The notes under the pieces are model-generated. The model saw nothing but the letters and a program-made list of their open reading frames with translations, searched no databases and had not been told where the DNA came from. The translations under genes were made by a program, and so were the position numbers. This document shows positions 10,532 to 22,143 of a DNA stretch of 64,000 nucleotides, one piece after another (positions within the stretch are counted from its first letter, which is position 1; the number at the start of each line of letters is the position of its first letter). The DNA is from Deltaproteobacteria bacterium. Lineage in GTDB: Bacteria > Myxococcota_A > Polyangia > Fen-1088. Location of the stretch: positions 32,001-96,000 of the forward strand of contig JANRKS010000034.1 of the NCBI GenBank assembly GCA_033763315.1. The letters run 5' to 3'.

Positions 10532-11833
10532 TCAATTGAAGGCCCAGCTCACATCCGCGTAGAATCCGTTAATCCGCAGCCGGTAATCGTCGTTTCCTGC
10601 GGCCCCACAGAATGCGCAGGGTTGCTGTCCCGGCGACGCTGGATCGATGTCCTCTGGCCTCACCTGACCCGCGCCGCGGCGGTGGGCGTAAGCGACGTTG
10701 AACTGCCAGGCGCCGACGCTATACCCGGCCCCCGCTGTGAACACGTGCGTCGGTGCGGGCGGCGTCCCAAATGCGGAAGGGTAGCGCTCGTTGGTGATCT
10801 TGCCATCAAAGATGTAGCCGCCGCGCAGGGCGAAGGGGCGCACACCCGACGGGGTTGGCAGCAGCCTATATTCAACGCCCGTGCGAAGAGTGAAGGCATC
10901 GCGCCAGTTGAACACGTTGGGCACGGCGGCCCGCATTGGCGTGGCGCCCGGATCCGCGGGTGGAACCCCCGTGAGTGGATACGCACCGTTTTGGTGGCCG
11001 AAGATGTATTCGCCATCAACGGCGAAGCCCCACGCCTGCCAATCGGCGCGCGCGCCAGCACCAAGTTTCGATGGCAGTACGAACGACGTTTCGATGTCGG
11101 AATAGGTCCTCTGCAAAGCGATGCCTTGATCGTTTGTCACCGTTGTTTTTGTGCGGTGGCGGTACGTGGTGCCGAGTTGCAGCCACGGCAACGGCGCCCA
11201 TTGCAGTCCCACGCGCGCACCGAGAAAGTTGGTTCCCGTCATTTTGAAATCAAGCCCCGGCGGGATCGTTGAGCCCGGCACGCCCTGAAAACGTTCGAGG
11301 CTGACGTACGTCACCCGGTAGCCCAAGCCTAAGCGCACTTGCGGTGTCAGGTTAACGGCGATCCCGGGTGAAGCTTCAAGAAACACCAAGTGGGTCTTGT
11401 TCTCGGCGGTGTTGCTGCCAACGGGGTACTTATACGTGGCGCCTGCTGAGGCCACCGGATAAAGGCCAAAGCCCAACGTCACGAGCCGGCTCACGCGATA
11501 CCCAGCGCCCAGCAAAAACAGGGGCGCCACGGTCAGCTCAGAGTCGCGATCTTTAGACAGGACGTCGGGGCTGGCGTGCGTCTTCGCCAGCAACAACGAG
11601 AAGTCTGCGATCAACGACAGACGTTGCACGTTGCCCAACCCTGCGGGGTTGTGAAACAGGGCGGAGCCATCGTTTACGTAAGAGATGGCCGTGCCGCCCA
11701 TGCCTATGTGGCGAGCGGAATACAACATCGGCGTGTCGTATCCACCGGCGCGCACCGCAGCGGACGCAAAGGTGAGCGCGCCGGCGAATGCCAACGCACA
11801 CGACAGCCGCTCACATTTGCGCGTTGCCATCAC
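10532..11833 (-). CDS. Outer-membrane transporter, OmpP1/FadL/TodX family
   Basis: Signal peptide, hatch motif SARHIGMGGT...DGSALFHNPAGL, beta-barrel pattern, aromatic C-terminus. Confidence 0.85.
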   Translation of the reverse strand: MMATRKCERLSCALAFAGALTFASAAVRAGGYDTPMLYSARHIGMGGTAISYVNDGSALFHNPAGLGNVQRLSLIADFSLLLAKTHASPDVLSKDRDSELTVAPLFLLGAGYRVSRLVTLGFGLYPVASAGATYKYPVGSNTAENKTHLVFLEASPGIAVNLTPQVRLGLGYRVTYVSLERFQGVPGSTIPPGLDFKMTGTNFLGARVGLQWAPLPWLQLGTTYRHRTKTTVTNDQGIALQRTYSDIETSFVLPSKLGAGARADWQAWGFAVDGEYIFGHQNGAYPLTGVPPADPGATPMRAAVPNVFNWRDAFTLRTGVEYRLLPTPSGVRPFALRGGYIFDGKITNERYPSAFGTPPAPTHVFTAGAGYSVGAWQFNVAYAHRRGAGQVRPEDIDPASPGQQPCAFCGAAGNDDYRLRINGFYADVSWAFN

Positions 11834-11835
11834 GA

Positions 11836-12390
11836 TCAGTTACCTGCGCTCGCGTCAGCCCCTGCGTCGGCTCCTGTGCTTGGGGCCGGTAGGCCGCTGC
11901 ACATATAGAAGATGCTGAGGCATCCGTTCTGCTGTTGGCAACTGATGCACGCGGTGCTTGATGAATCAGCGGAACAGGGCACCTGGCACTTATCAATGGT
12001 GCAGTTGAAAGCCTTTTTGTAGCAATCCAAGCACACGTCGCTAACGCTTGGGTTGATCGTTTGTTTGACGCAAGCACTGGTGCAATCGTCGCCGCCACCG
12101 TTGAGAAAACACGACCGGCCACACGTGCGGGCCGCACCACCAACGTCGTTAGCGCATACGACGTTCAAATCCGCCGCCGACGCGCACTTTCCCGCAAGCG
12201 AGGTGCCGGCTTCCAAGGTTGTTCGGTTGTAGGCCGCGAAGGTAGCCACGCACATCGCCGGCCCCACCGGACCATCAATGGCCGCATCGCCCACCGGCGT
12301 GACAGGCCCATCATCTTCATCATCGCATCCGGCTGTCGCGAGAACACCGGCCGCAGAGATCGCGCAGAGACACAGAATAAGGCGTTTCAT
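11836..12390 (-). CDS. Cys-rich lipoprotein
   Basis: Lipobox TAGC, many CxxxC/CxxC spacings, SD GGGGGAGG upstream; stop is 2 bp from the FadL-like gene. Confidence 0.8.
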   Translation of the reverse strand: MKRLILCLCAISAAGVLATAGCDDEDDGPVTPVGDAAIDGPVGPAMCVATFAAYNRTTLEAGTSLAGKCASAADLNVVCANDVGGAARTCGRSCFLNGGGDDCTSACVKQTINPSVSDVCLDCYKKAFNCTIDKCQVPCSADSSSTACISCQQQNGCLSIFYMCSGLPAPSTGADAGADASAGN

Positions 12391-12597
12391 CGTATCCTCC
12401 CCCGAAAAAAAGCCGCCCCAAAGCGAACGACGGCCTAAGGCACTTTAACGACCTGGGCGAAATGAAGCAAATCGATCGAACCCAACGGGTGATGGCGATT
12501 ACGTCGTTGCGGCTCATTGTTCCGCGAACGAAGCCAAAGTAACGGTGGCGAGAGCCTGATGTTGCAGAATCTGCACTTTCGCGCGAGCATGCACGGC

Positions 12598-14025
12598 ATG
12601 CCGCCATCTGGCCGGGTTGGGTTCGAGTTCAGCTTTTCCACGGGAAAACCCGCGCCCACGCGGCCCGTGGGTCAACGCCTGCGGCTGTTGTTCCTCGCCA
12701 ACTTCGCGGGCCAATCGTTGCCACCATTCACCGTGAAGAAAGTCAATGGCGATGATTTGGATGGCCTCGTCGCGGCGTTCTCACCGCAGGTGCACGTGGC
12801 CTTCAACAACGAATCTCCCGCCACGCTATCCTTCGCGTCGCTCGACGACTTCGCTCCAGACGAACTGTTGCGACGCGTGCCTGTGCTTATGGATTTGCAG
12901 CGCACGCGGGCTGAATTGTTGAACCCTGCCACGTTCGCTGCCACAGCGGCGCGTTTGGGCCTTGCGCAAACAACAGCGGCGCAGCCCACGCCCCCAGCAC
13001 CCACCTCACTTTTTGCAGGTTTGTTGGGTGGTGAAGTCGCAAAGCCTTCCATTCCCCCTGCGCCTTCACCATCCGGCCTTGATGCCGTGCTCGCTCGCGC
13101 TGTTGCACCACACATCGTGCCCGCAGCGGATCCGCAGCAGAAATCACTCGTGTCGGTGGTTGACCAAAACCTCGCGGATGCTTTGCGATCTGTTCTTCAT
13201 ACGCCTGCGTTTGCGTCTGTGGAGGCCGCGTGGCGGGGGCTGCAACGCGTGGTTGAGGCGTTCTCTGGCGATCCGAGCGTGGAGCTGTGGGTTGCGTCCG
13301 CGCCGCCGGAAGTTCTGCTGGCTGACGCCGTAAAGCTGCAAACGAATCTGGACGCATCTTTGCTTGGCACGCTGTTGTGCGGTGAAGACGCGGCATGGTC
13401 GATGGTGATTGTCGACCACATGTTCGGACGTAGCGTGGATGATCTCATCGCGCTTGGTGCCTTGGGCGCTTTGGCAGGTCGTGCGGGCATTTGTGCGGTG
13501 GCCAGTGGCGATGCGGCTTTGGCCGGCGGCGCAGCGTCTGATGTTCAGGAGCTTTGGCAAACGCTGCGGCAAAGTCCGCTTGCGCCGCACCTCGCTCTGG
13601 TTCATCCGCGGCTGCTGTTGCGATTGCCCTATGGTCCGCGGCGAAACGAGGTTCAGTCCTTCCCCTTCGACGAGCTTGGCACCCAAACCGAGCCCCCACC
13701 CCAACGCCTCCTGTGGGGCTCGGGCGCATGGGCGGTGGCAGGCGTCTTGGCGCGTTCCTTCACCGAGGATCCGGACGATTTGCCACTGGGGGCCAGTGCC
13801 GAGGTGGATGGCATTCCCACGCTGGTGTTTGTTGACAAGCACGGTGACAAGCAACTTTATCCCAGCTGTGAGTCGTGGCTTAGCGAGACGCAGGCGCAGA
13901 CTCTGTTGGGTTCCGGCCTGATCCCGTTGGTTGGTAACCGTAGCTTGGCGCAAGCGTCGCTCTTCCGGCTGCAATCCATTGCCCAGCCGCCCCAGCCCTT
14001 GTGGCTCCGTAAGGTGAGCGCGTAG
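12598..14025 (+). CDS. Type VI secretion contractile sheath-like protein (TssB-TssC fusion)
   Basis: TssB-like LSFASLDDFAPDELLRRVP, then TssC-like VLHTPAFASVEAAWRGL, PRLLLRLPYG and LLWGSGA. Start uncertain. Confidence 0.75.
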   Translation: MPPSGRVGFEFSFSTGKPAPTRPVGQRLRLLFLANFAGQSLPPFTVKKVNGDDLDGLVAAFSPQVHVAFNNESPATLSFASLDDFAPDELLRRVPVLMDLQRTRAELLNPATFAATAARLGLAQTTAAQPTPPAPTSLFAGLLGGEVAKPSIPPAPSPSGLDAVLARAVAPHIVPAADPQQKSLVSVVDQNLADALRSVLHTPAFASVEAAWRGLQRVVEAFSGDPSVELWVASAPPEVLLADAVKLQTNLDASLLGTLLCGEDAAWSMVIVDHMFGRSVDDLIALGALGALAGRAGICAVASGDAALAGGAASDVQELWQTLRQSPLAPHLALVHPRLLLRLPYGPRRNEVQSFPFDELGTQTEPPPQRLLWGSGAWAVAGVLARSFTEDPDDLPLGASAEVDGIPTLVFVDKHGDKQLYPSCESWLSETQAQTLLGSGLIPLVGNRSLAQASLFRLQSIAQPPQPLWLRKVSA

Positions 14026-14076
14026 CAAATACCGTTTGCTTTGAACCGGAAGGCCCTTCGGGTAACCTGCCAGGCA

Positions 14077-16062
14077 GTGCCTGGTTGCCCCGCCTGTGAC
14101 GTTGAGCTTTCCGATCCCAGCCTGCGGTTTTGCAGTGCGTGCGGGCACGATCTCAAACCGAAGGCCATTGAAGACGAGTTTGACGGTCTGATCGGCAAGA
14201 TCGTCGACGCGCGCTACAAGGTCCTTGGCCGCATCGGCTCCGGGGGGATGGGCGTCGTTTACCGCGTCGAGCATGTTCGCATGGGTAAGGTGGCCGCGAT
14301 GAAAGTGTTGCGCCGCGATTTGGTTGACGACGCCCAAGCCGCGCGCCGCTTCGTGCGGGAGGTGGAGGTGGTGAGCAAACTTGACCACCCCAACATCGTT
14401 CAAACGTTCGATTTCGGCGAATGGCGTGGGCTGCTTTACCTCGTGATGGAATTGGTGCGCGGCGAAGATCTCGCAGCGCTTGTGCGGCGTGATGGCCCGT
14501 TGTCGTTAAGCCGCGCCTTGCCGCTGTTTTCGCAAGTGTGTCGCGCGCTTGATGAAGCGCACCACGCGGGCGTGATTCACCGCGATCTCAAGCCCGACAA
14601 CATTGTCGTCTTTAGCCGCCGCGAAGGCGAGCACGTGAAAGTGTTGGACTTCGGGTTGGCCAAACTGCGCGAACGTCCCGGCATGGCTGAAGTGACGGGG
14701 GCGGGCAGTCTGGTGGGCACACCCTATTACATGGCGCCCGAACAAGTGCGCAGCGAGCCCGTGGACGAACGCACCGACATCTACGCTCTGGGGGCCACGA
14801 TTTATCGCGTGGTCACGGGCACGCCCGCGTTCTCGGGTGATTCGCCTATGGCGATCTTAACCCGCCATATCACCGATCCTGTTGAACCACCCAGCGTGCG
14901 ACGTCCCGGGCTGCCATTGGCGTTGGATCACCTGGTGCTCAAGGCCATGGCGAAAGATCCCGCCAACCGTTTTGCCACGGCAACCGAGATGCGCGAAGCC
15001 ATCGACGCGCTTTTGACGGCCCGTATTGCCGCCAATGAACACAGCCAACCTTTGCCCTCGTGGGTTGAGAATCCTGTCACCGCCAGCGCGGAGATGCCCC
15101 GCAGCACCACCGCTGTCACTGCGGTGGCCATGCCCAAGCCTGATGACAGCGATCCGCTCACGCGCCTGCGTCGCGAGGATCTTGATGATTTCGAACGCAG
15201 CCTGAAGCGCCGCCGTCTGTTTCTGCAGCTGGGCGTGCCGCTCGCGGTGATAGTGTGTGCATGGGCCGGGTGGCGTTGGATCATTGCCCCACCCGAGCAA
15301 GCCGGGCCTACGGAAGAAGAGCCCAACGATTCGGCACGCACAGCAAACTTGGCAGCAAATTCCACGCCCATCTTCGGCCAGCTTGGCTCCGAGAAGGCGG
15401 ATGGAACGCCCGACTTTGATTACTACCGCATCCCTGCAGGGAACACGCCGCGCACGCTGTTCGCGTCAGTCAGTGGCGTCAACGAGATCAACTTGGTGCT
15501 AGAGCTGTTCGATTCAGCCGGCGCGTTGGTCGGAAAATCAGATGGCGGGGGCGAAGGAGCCGGAGAAACCTTAGGGCCTTTGCACATCGGCGCGAATGAA
15601 GCGTTTTTGCGCGTGAGGCCGCTGTGGCACGAGGGACAAGATTCGAACACCGTGACTTCGCAAACGCCTTACGCGATCCGAACCTCATGGGGAAAGCCTT
15701 CCGCGGATGCTGAACTTGAACCCAACGATGTGAGGACACAAGCCTCGCCCTTGTTATTGGATACCGCCACAACGGGGCACCTGTCGTCGGTGCAAGACGT
15801 TGATTGGTTCGTGGTCAACGGTGATCCAGGCGGCCGCATCACGCTCACCTTAGAACCAAGCGCCGAGCTGCCCGTCCTGGTTGAATCACCGAACACGAAA
15901 CAAAAACTTGTGGCCAGCGCCGACGCCGCATCCATGCCTTTGGTCTTCCCCAACGATGGTCGGATCTTTGTGTCAGCCAGGCAGTCGGCACACAAAAAAG
16001 ACGCCGACGTTGATCGCACGGCGCCCTACGCCCTCATCGTTCGCAAAGCGTCGCGCGAATAA
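14077..16062 (+). CDS. Membrane Ser/Thr protein kinase with N-terminal zinc ribbon and extracytoplasmic PPC-like repeats
   Basis: CPAC..FCSACG, GSGGMG, HRDLKPDN, DFG, TM helix, two EPND...D(F/V)D(Y/W) repeats. Confidence 0.9.
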   Translation: MPGCPACDVELSDPSLRFCSACGHDLKPKAIEDEFDGLIGKIVDARYKVLGRIGSGGMGVVYRVEHVRMGKVAAMKVLRRDLVDDAQAARRFVREVEVVSKLDHPNIVQTFDFGEWRGLLYLVMELVRGEDLAALVRRDGPLSLSRALPLFSQVCRALDEAHHAGVIHRDLKPDNIVVFSRREGEHVKVLDFGLAKLRERPGMAEVTGAGSLVGTPYYMAPEQVRSEPVDERTDIYALGATIYRVVTGTPAFSGDSPMAILTRHITDPVEPPSVRRPGLPLALDHLVLKAMAKDPANRFATATEMREAIDALLTARIAANEHSQPLPSWVENPVTASAEMPRSTTAVTAVAMPKPDDSDPLTRLRREDLDDFERSLKRRRLFLQLGVPLAVIVCAWAGWRWIIAPPEQAGPTEEEPNDSARTANLAANSTPIFGQLGSEKADGTPDFDYYRIPAGNTPRTLFASVSGVNEINLVLELFDSAGALVGKSDGGGEGAGETLGPLHIGANEAFLRVRPLWHEGQDSNTVTSQTPYAIRTSWGKPSADAELEPNDVRTQASPLLLDTATTGHLSSVQDVDWFVVNGDPGGRITLTLEPSAELPVLVESPNTKQKLVASADAASMPLVFPNDGRIFVSARQSAHKKDADVDRTAPYALIVRKASRE

Positions 16063-16067
16063 AAAAC

Positions 16068-16116
16068 AAAAGGCGCGTCGGCGTCGCTTCTTTCGAGCGG
16101 GCCAAACGCGCCTTTT
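16068..16116. terminator. Bidirectional terminator
   Basis: AAAAGGCGCGT...ACGCGCCTTTT stem between convergent genes, with A/T tails on both sides. Confidence 0.65.
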
Positions 16117-16135
16117 CTATCGACCATTGTGCGCT

Positions 16136-16462
16136 TTACGCGGCAACCGCCTCCTCGTGCAGTTTGCGGCGGCTCGCGCGCTTGCGGTTCTTGTCGCGCC
16201 GTCGCTGTTCAACCAGCTTGTTAACCGCCATGTGCATGGCGTGTGAAAACGTCTCTGCTGACGCCGTCACGGTATAGAAGCGATCATGCGCGTGAAGATT
16301 GCAATGCACCACCGGTGCCTGCACATGTCCATCTGCATCCAACGCCCATTCCACATACTCGATGCGTTTGAAGTACTTCGGGAGACGCTCTGAAAGCTCT
16401 TGCGCCAACCTTCGGTGACCAGCCCTCACATCATCGCATCGGGACACGATCGTCACGACCAT
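16136..16462 (-). CDS. HPF/RaiA-like ribosome hibernation protein (divergent)
   Basis: 108 aa; RLPKYF..I..VE and ASAETFSHAMHMAVNKLVEQRRR resemble the HPF pattern; strong SD GGAGG. Confidence 0.65.
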   Translation of the reverse strand: MVVTIVSRCDDVRAGHRRLAQELSERLPKYFKRIEYVEWALDADGHVQAPVVHCNLHAHDRFYTVTASAETFSHAMHMAVNKLVEQRRRDKNRKRASRRKLHEEAVAA

Positions 16463-16740
16463 TGCATTCCTCCTTCATTGTTGAAACACACGCACTGGAG
16501 AAATTCTTCCGGCGAAAAAGCGGCTGGCGCCGAGGCACGCCGTCACTCCAAAACATCGCCCTACATAACTATTTAGGTCCCGTTTTTTGAGGTCGTCAAA
16601 CATAAAAGCAGAATTACCTCGAAGCTTTTTAATGCCCGCATTCAGTGTCGTGAGGTTACTCACCAACGGCAGCACAGCATTTCTCAGAAGCCGTGGCGCT
16701 TTCGTGAGTTAGGTCGGTGTGCCTTAACTAGAAGCCCAAA

Positions 16741-16785
16741 CGAAACAAAAGGGTCACTCGTGAGGTTTAGACACGAATGACCCTT
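16741..16785 (-). terminator. Intrinsic terminator
   Basis: 14-bp stem with one G-U pair, followed by TTGTTTCG on the minus strand, downstream of the 16841-17179 ORF. Confidence 0.7.
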
Positions 16786-16840
16786 CATGAAGCGACATAT
16801 GCCGTGCGCGTGACGCGCGGTCGACGCGAGAGACTTTGCC

Positions 16841-17179
16841 TTAAGCCGCCATCGGCTGCTCTTGGCGGCAGCTGCGACGTTCGGTCTCAAGGTGCAACAG
16901 GGCAGCGTCAAGGCTGCGAACAACCTCAAGGGCCTGATGCACGCTCCAGGCTTGCTTCAGTAAAACGTTGCTGCGCATCTCCACGGGCACGGTGGTAAAG
17001 ATCTGTCTGAAGCCTGCAATCGCCTTTTGTAACTCGTCGTTGGCTTGTGCGCGCGCCTTCTGCAGTTCTTCAACGGCGTGGTCGAGCACCGCGTTTGTGC
17101 GCTCGGTGATGGACGCCGGGAGGGAATCCTGCACGTCCTGGGGACCGCTGGCCTCAACCTCTGATGTCACGTGAATCAT
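16841..17179 (-). CDS. Hypothetical helical protein
   Basis: SD GGGGGAGGA before the ATG, own terminator, coiled-coil-like sequence. Confidence 0.6.
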   Translation of the reverse strand: MIHVTSEVEASGPQDVQDSLPASITERTNAVLDHAVEELQKARAQANDELQKAIAGFRQIFTTVPVEMRSNVLLKQAWSVHQALEVVRSLDAALLHLETERRSCRQEQPMAA

Positions 17180-17195
17180 GTTGTCCTCCCCCTTT

Positions 17196-17211
17196 TGCAA
17201 ACCTCAGGCCA
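17196..17211 (-). promoter_or_regulatory. Candidate sigma-54 (-24/-12) promoter
   Basis: TGGCCTGAGGTTTGCA on the minus strand: GG-N10-GC, close to consensus TGGCAC-N5-TTGCA. Confidence 0.45.
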
Positions 17212-17379
17212 CCCTGTATTTTCTCTAACTTCTCTCTAACTTGCTGTATTTGCTTCCACTTGGGCCCAGCCCCCGGTTCAGGGCGGAGGCTTGGTGTACC
17301 TCAAGGGCACATGACCTGTGACATAGATGTCATCCAGTCACAGGCGCTTCGCAAAAATCTATCGAACGCGGGGTGCGTC

Positions 17380-18207
17380 CTATCTTGCGAAGGCGCTCTC
17401 AAGTACGTGCGAGAGGGTGTCCTCGTCGAGGTCCGACGTCAAGACATAGTTTAGGCCATCGCGGCCACGGAAAGCGGCCGTAGAGGCTCCCTGGCCACTG
17501 CCAAAGTACACATCGCGACCACCGACCACACGGTGGCGAGGCCCCTCAAGCGACTCGTCATCGCCCTCAAACACCATCACATTGATACGGTGCTGGGCAC
17601 CCATCTTGTAGGTCAGGTAGGCGCCGAAGTTATCGCGCACGTTGATGATGCGGCCGCCCTGGCAATGCGGGCTTTCGTCATTGACCGATTCCACTGACGA
17701 CGAAGTCACAGACGCAGGCAGTGCACCCTCAATTTGCGGCGGGTGCACTGTAAAGCCGAGTCGCCCACGGAACCACGAGGCCACGCGGTTACAGTCAGGG
17801 GTTTCCACGTCCATCGGCAGTTCGACGCTGTGGGCGCGGAGGGCTTGCTGGATCACTGGCGTCTGTGACGCCTTTTGGTGCCCTGTCAAAACCACCAGCA
17901 CGGCCACCACAGCGACGGCTCCGAAGGCGGGCGTCAGCCGGGGAAACGCCAGCCAGCCCCAAGCGCTCGGCCTGTCCTCTTGGCCCGCGGTTGCCAATGT
18001 CACCGCCACTTTGCGTTCCAGGGCCGCCGGCAAAGCAGGGCGGGGCAGGTGGCTGCGTAGGGCCGACTTAAACCTGGCCTGCGCCTTTACAGCGCCGGCG
18101 CAAGCGCTGCATTCCAACAGATGCATCTCGAACGAATGCCGATCCTCCCCAGCCAATTCGCCGTCGAGAAATGCATGCACCAAGGGCTCGGACTGGGCGC
18201 ACATCAC
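17380..18207 (-). CDS. Zinc-binding (ZAS) transmembrane anti-sigma factor
   Basis: FLDGEL, HLLECSAC (HxxxCxxC), TM helix; overlaps the ECF sigma gene by 4 bp. Confidence 0.88.
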   Translation of the reverse strand: MMCAQSEPLVHAFLDGELAGEDRHSFEMHLLECSACAGAVKAQARFKSALRSHLPRPALPAALERKVAVTLATAGQEDRPSAWGWLAFPRLTPAFGAVAVVAVLVVLTGHQKASQTPVIQQALRAHSVELPMDVETPDCNRVASWFRGRLGFTVHPPQIEGALPASVTSSSVESVNDESPHCQGGRIINVRDNFGAYLTYKMGAQHRINVMVFEGDDESLEGPRHRVVGGRDVYFGSGQGASTAAFRGRDGLNYVLTSDLDEDTLSHVLESAFAR

Positions 18208-18866
18208 GACGCACCCCCGCTTTTGTTTTTGCGGTAGGTCGCCATGTCTATCGGGGCGGCTGTGGGTGAGGCCTCGCTGGCCAGGTTTGCCGCCGTTTCG
18301 GCGGACAAAATGCCCTGCTCAAGCGCGTAGGTCACAAGTTGTTTTTGCAGCAATTTGCGCCCCCGGTAAAGGCGACTCATCACGGTGCCAGCGGGGCAGT
18401 CCATGATTTCTGCGATCTCCTTGTAAGAAAAATCTTCCAGGTCGGCCAGGATCACAGCCAAACGGAATTCAGCAGGGACGGCTTCCAAGGCAGCCTCAAC
18501 GTCCTTGGACACCATTCGCCCGAGGATGTTGGCTTCATGGCTCTCAGGAACCGCCGGCGTGAACTGCCCCAAGTTTGCCGTGGACGATTCGGCTTCGTTC
18601 AGGATCTCCTGCTCACGCTCGCGCTCGCGGTATTTGTTGCGAAATACGTTCGTCATGATGCGGAACAGCCACGCCTTGCAGTTGGTGCCAGGCTCGAAGC
18701 TGTCGAAGAACCGATAGGCCCGCAGAAGGGCGTCTTGCACCAGATCTTCGGCGTCACCGGGGCTGTGCGTCAATCGAAGCGCCGCGCCGTAAAGGGCTTG
18801 CATGTGGGGCAAAGCCTCACGCTCAAACTCGCCGCGGCTGGGTTTTCTTTTGAACAAGGCCATCAC
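18204..18866 (-). CDS. ECF RNA polymerase sigma factor (SigR/SigH-like)
   Basis: DAEDLVQD, FEPGTNCKAWLFRIMTN and SYKEIAEIMDCPAGTVMSRLYRGR motifs. Confidence 0.93.
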   Translation of the reverse strand: MMALFKRKPSRGEFEREALPHMQALYGAALRLTHSPGDAEDLVQDALLRAYRFFDSFEPGTNCKAWLFRIMTNVFRNKYREREREQEILNEAESSTANLGQFTPAVPESHEANILGRMVSKDVEAALEAVPAEFRLAVILADLEDFSYKEIAEIMDCPAGTVMSRLYRGRKLLQKQLVTYALEQGILSAETAANLASEASPTAAPIDMATYRKNKSGGAS

Positions 18867-18875
18867 AATCTTTGT

Positions 18876-18901
18876 AACGGCTGGGCATTCGCCGTTATTC
18901 C
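18876..18901 (-). promoter_or_regulatory. ECF (SigR/SigH-type) autoregulatory promoter
   Basis: GGAAT-aacggcgaatgcccagcc (18 nt)-GTT, ending 9 nt before the GTG of the sigma gene. Confidence 0.7.
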
Positions 18902-18946
18902 CAGTTTACAGCGTCCTGCAAAGCTGGGAAGCCCGGCGGTTTCACG

Positions 18947-22018
<3,072 letters not shown>

Positions 22019-22143
22019 AGTGACGAAGGTCCTTTCCGCCGGCCGTTGACCATATGCGGGAGGGGCCCCCTGCGCAAGGCGAACCGGGGTCGTCCTGGCG
22101 CTGAGGCGCTAGGTGGGGGCGCCTCAGCGTGACAGTTCGGTGT

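Noticed and set aside
13144-14403. Long antisense ORF (419 aa) and many similar shadow ORFs
   Set aside because: They overlap well-supported genes on the opposite strand, as expected in high-GC DNA, and show no recognisable motifs.
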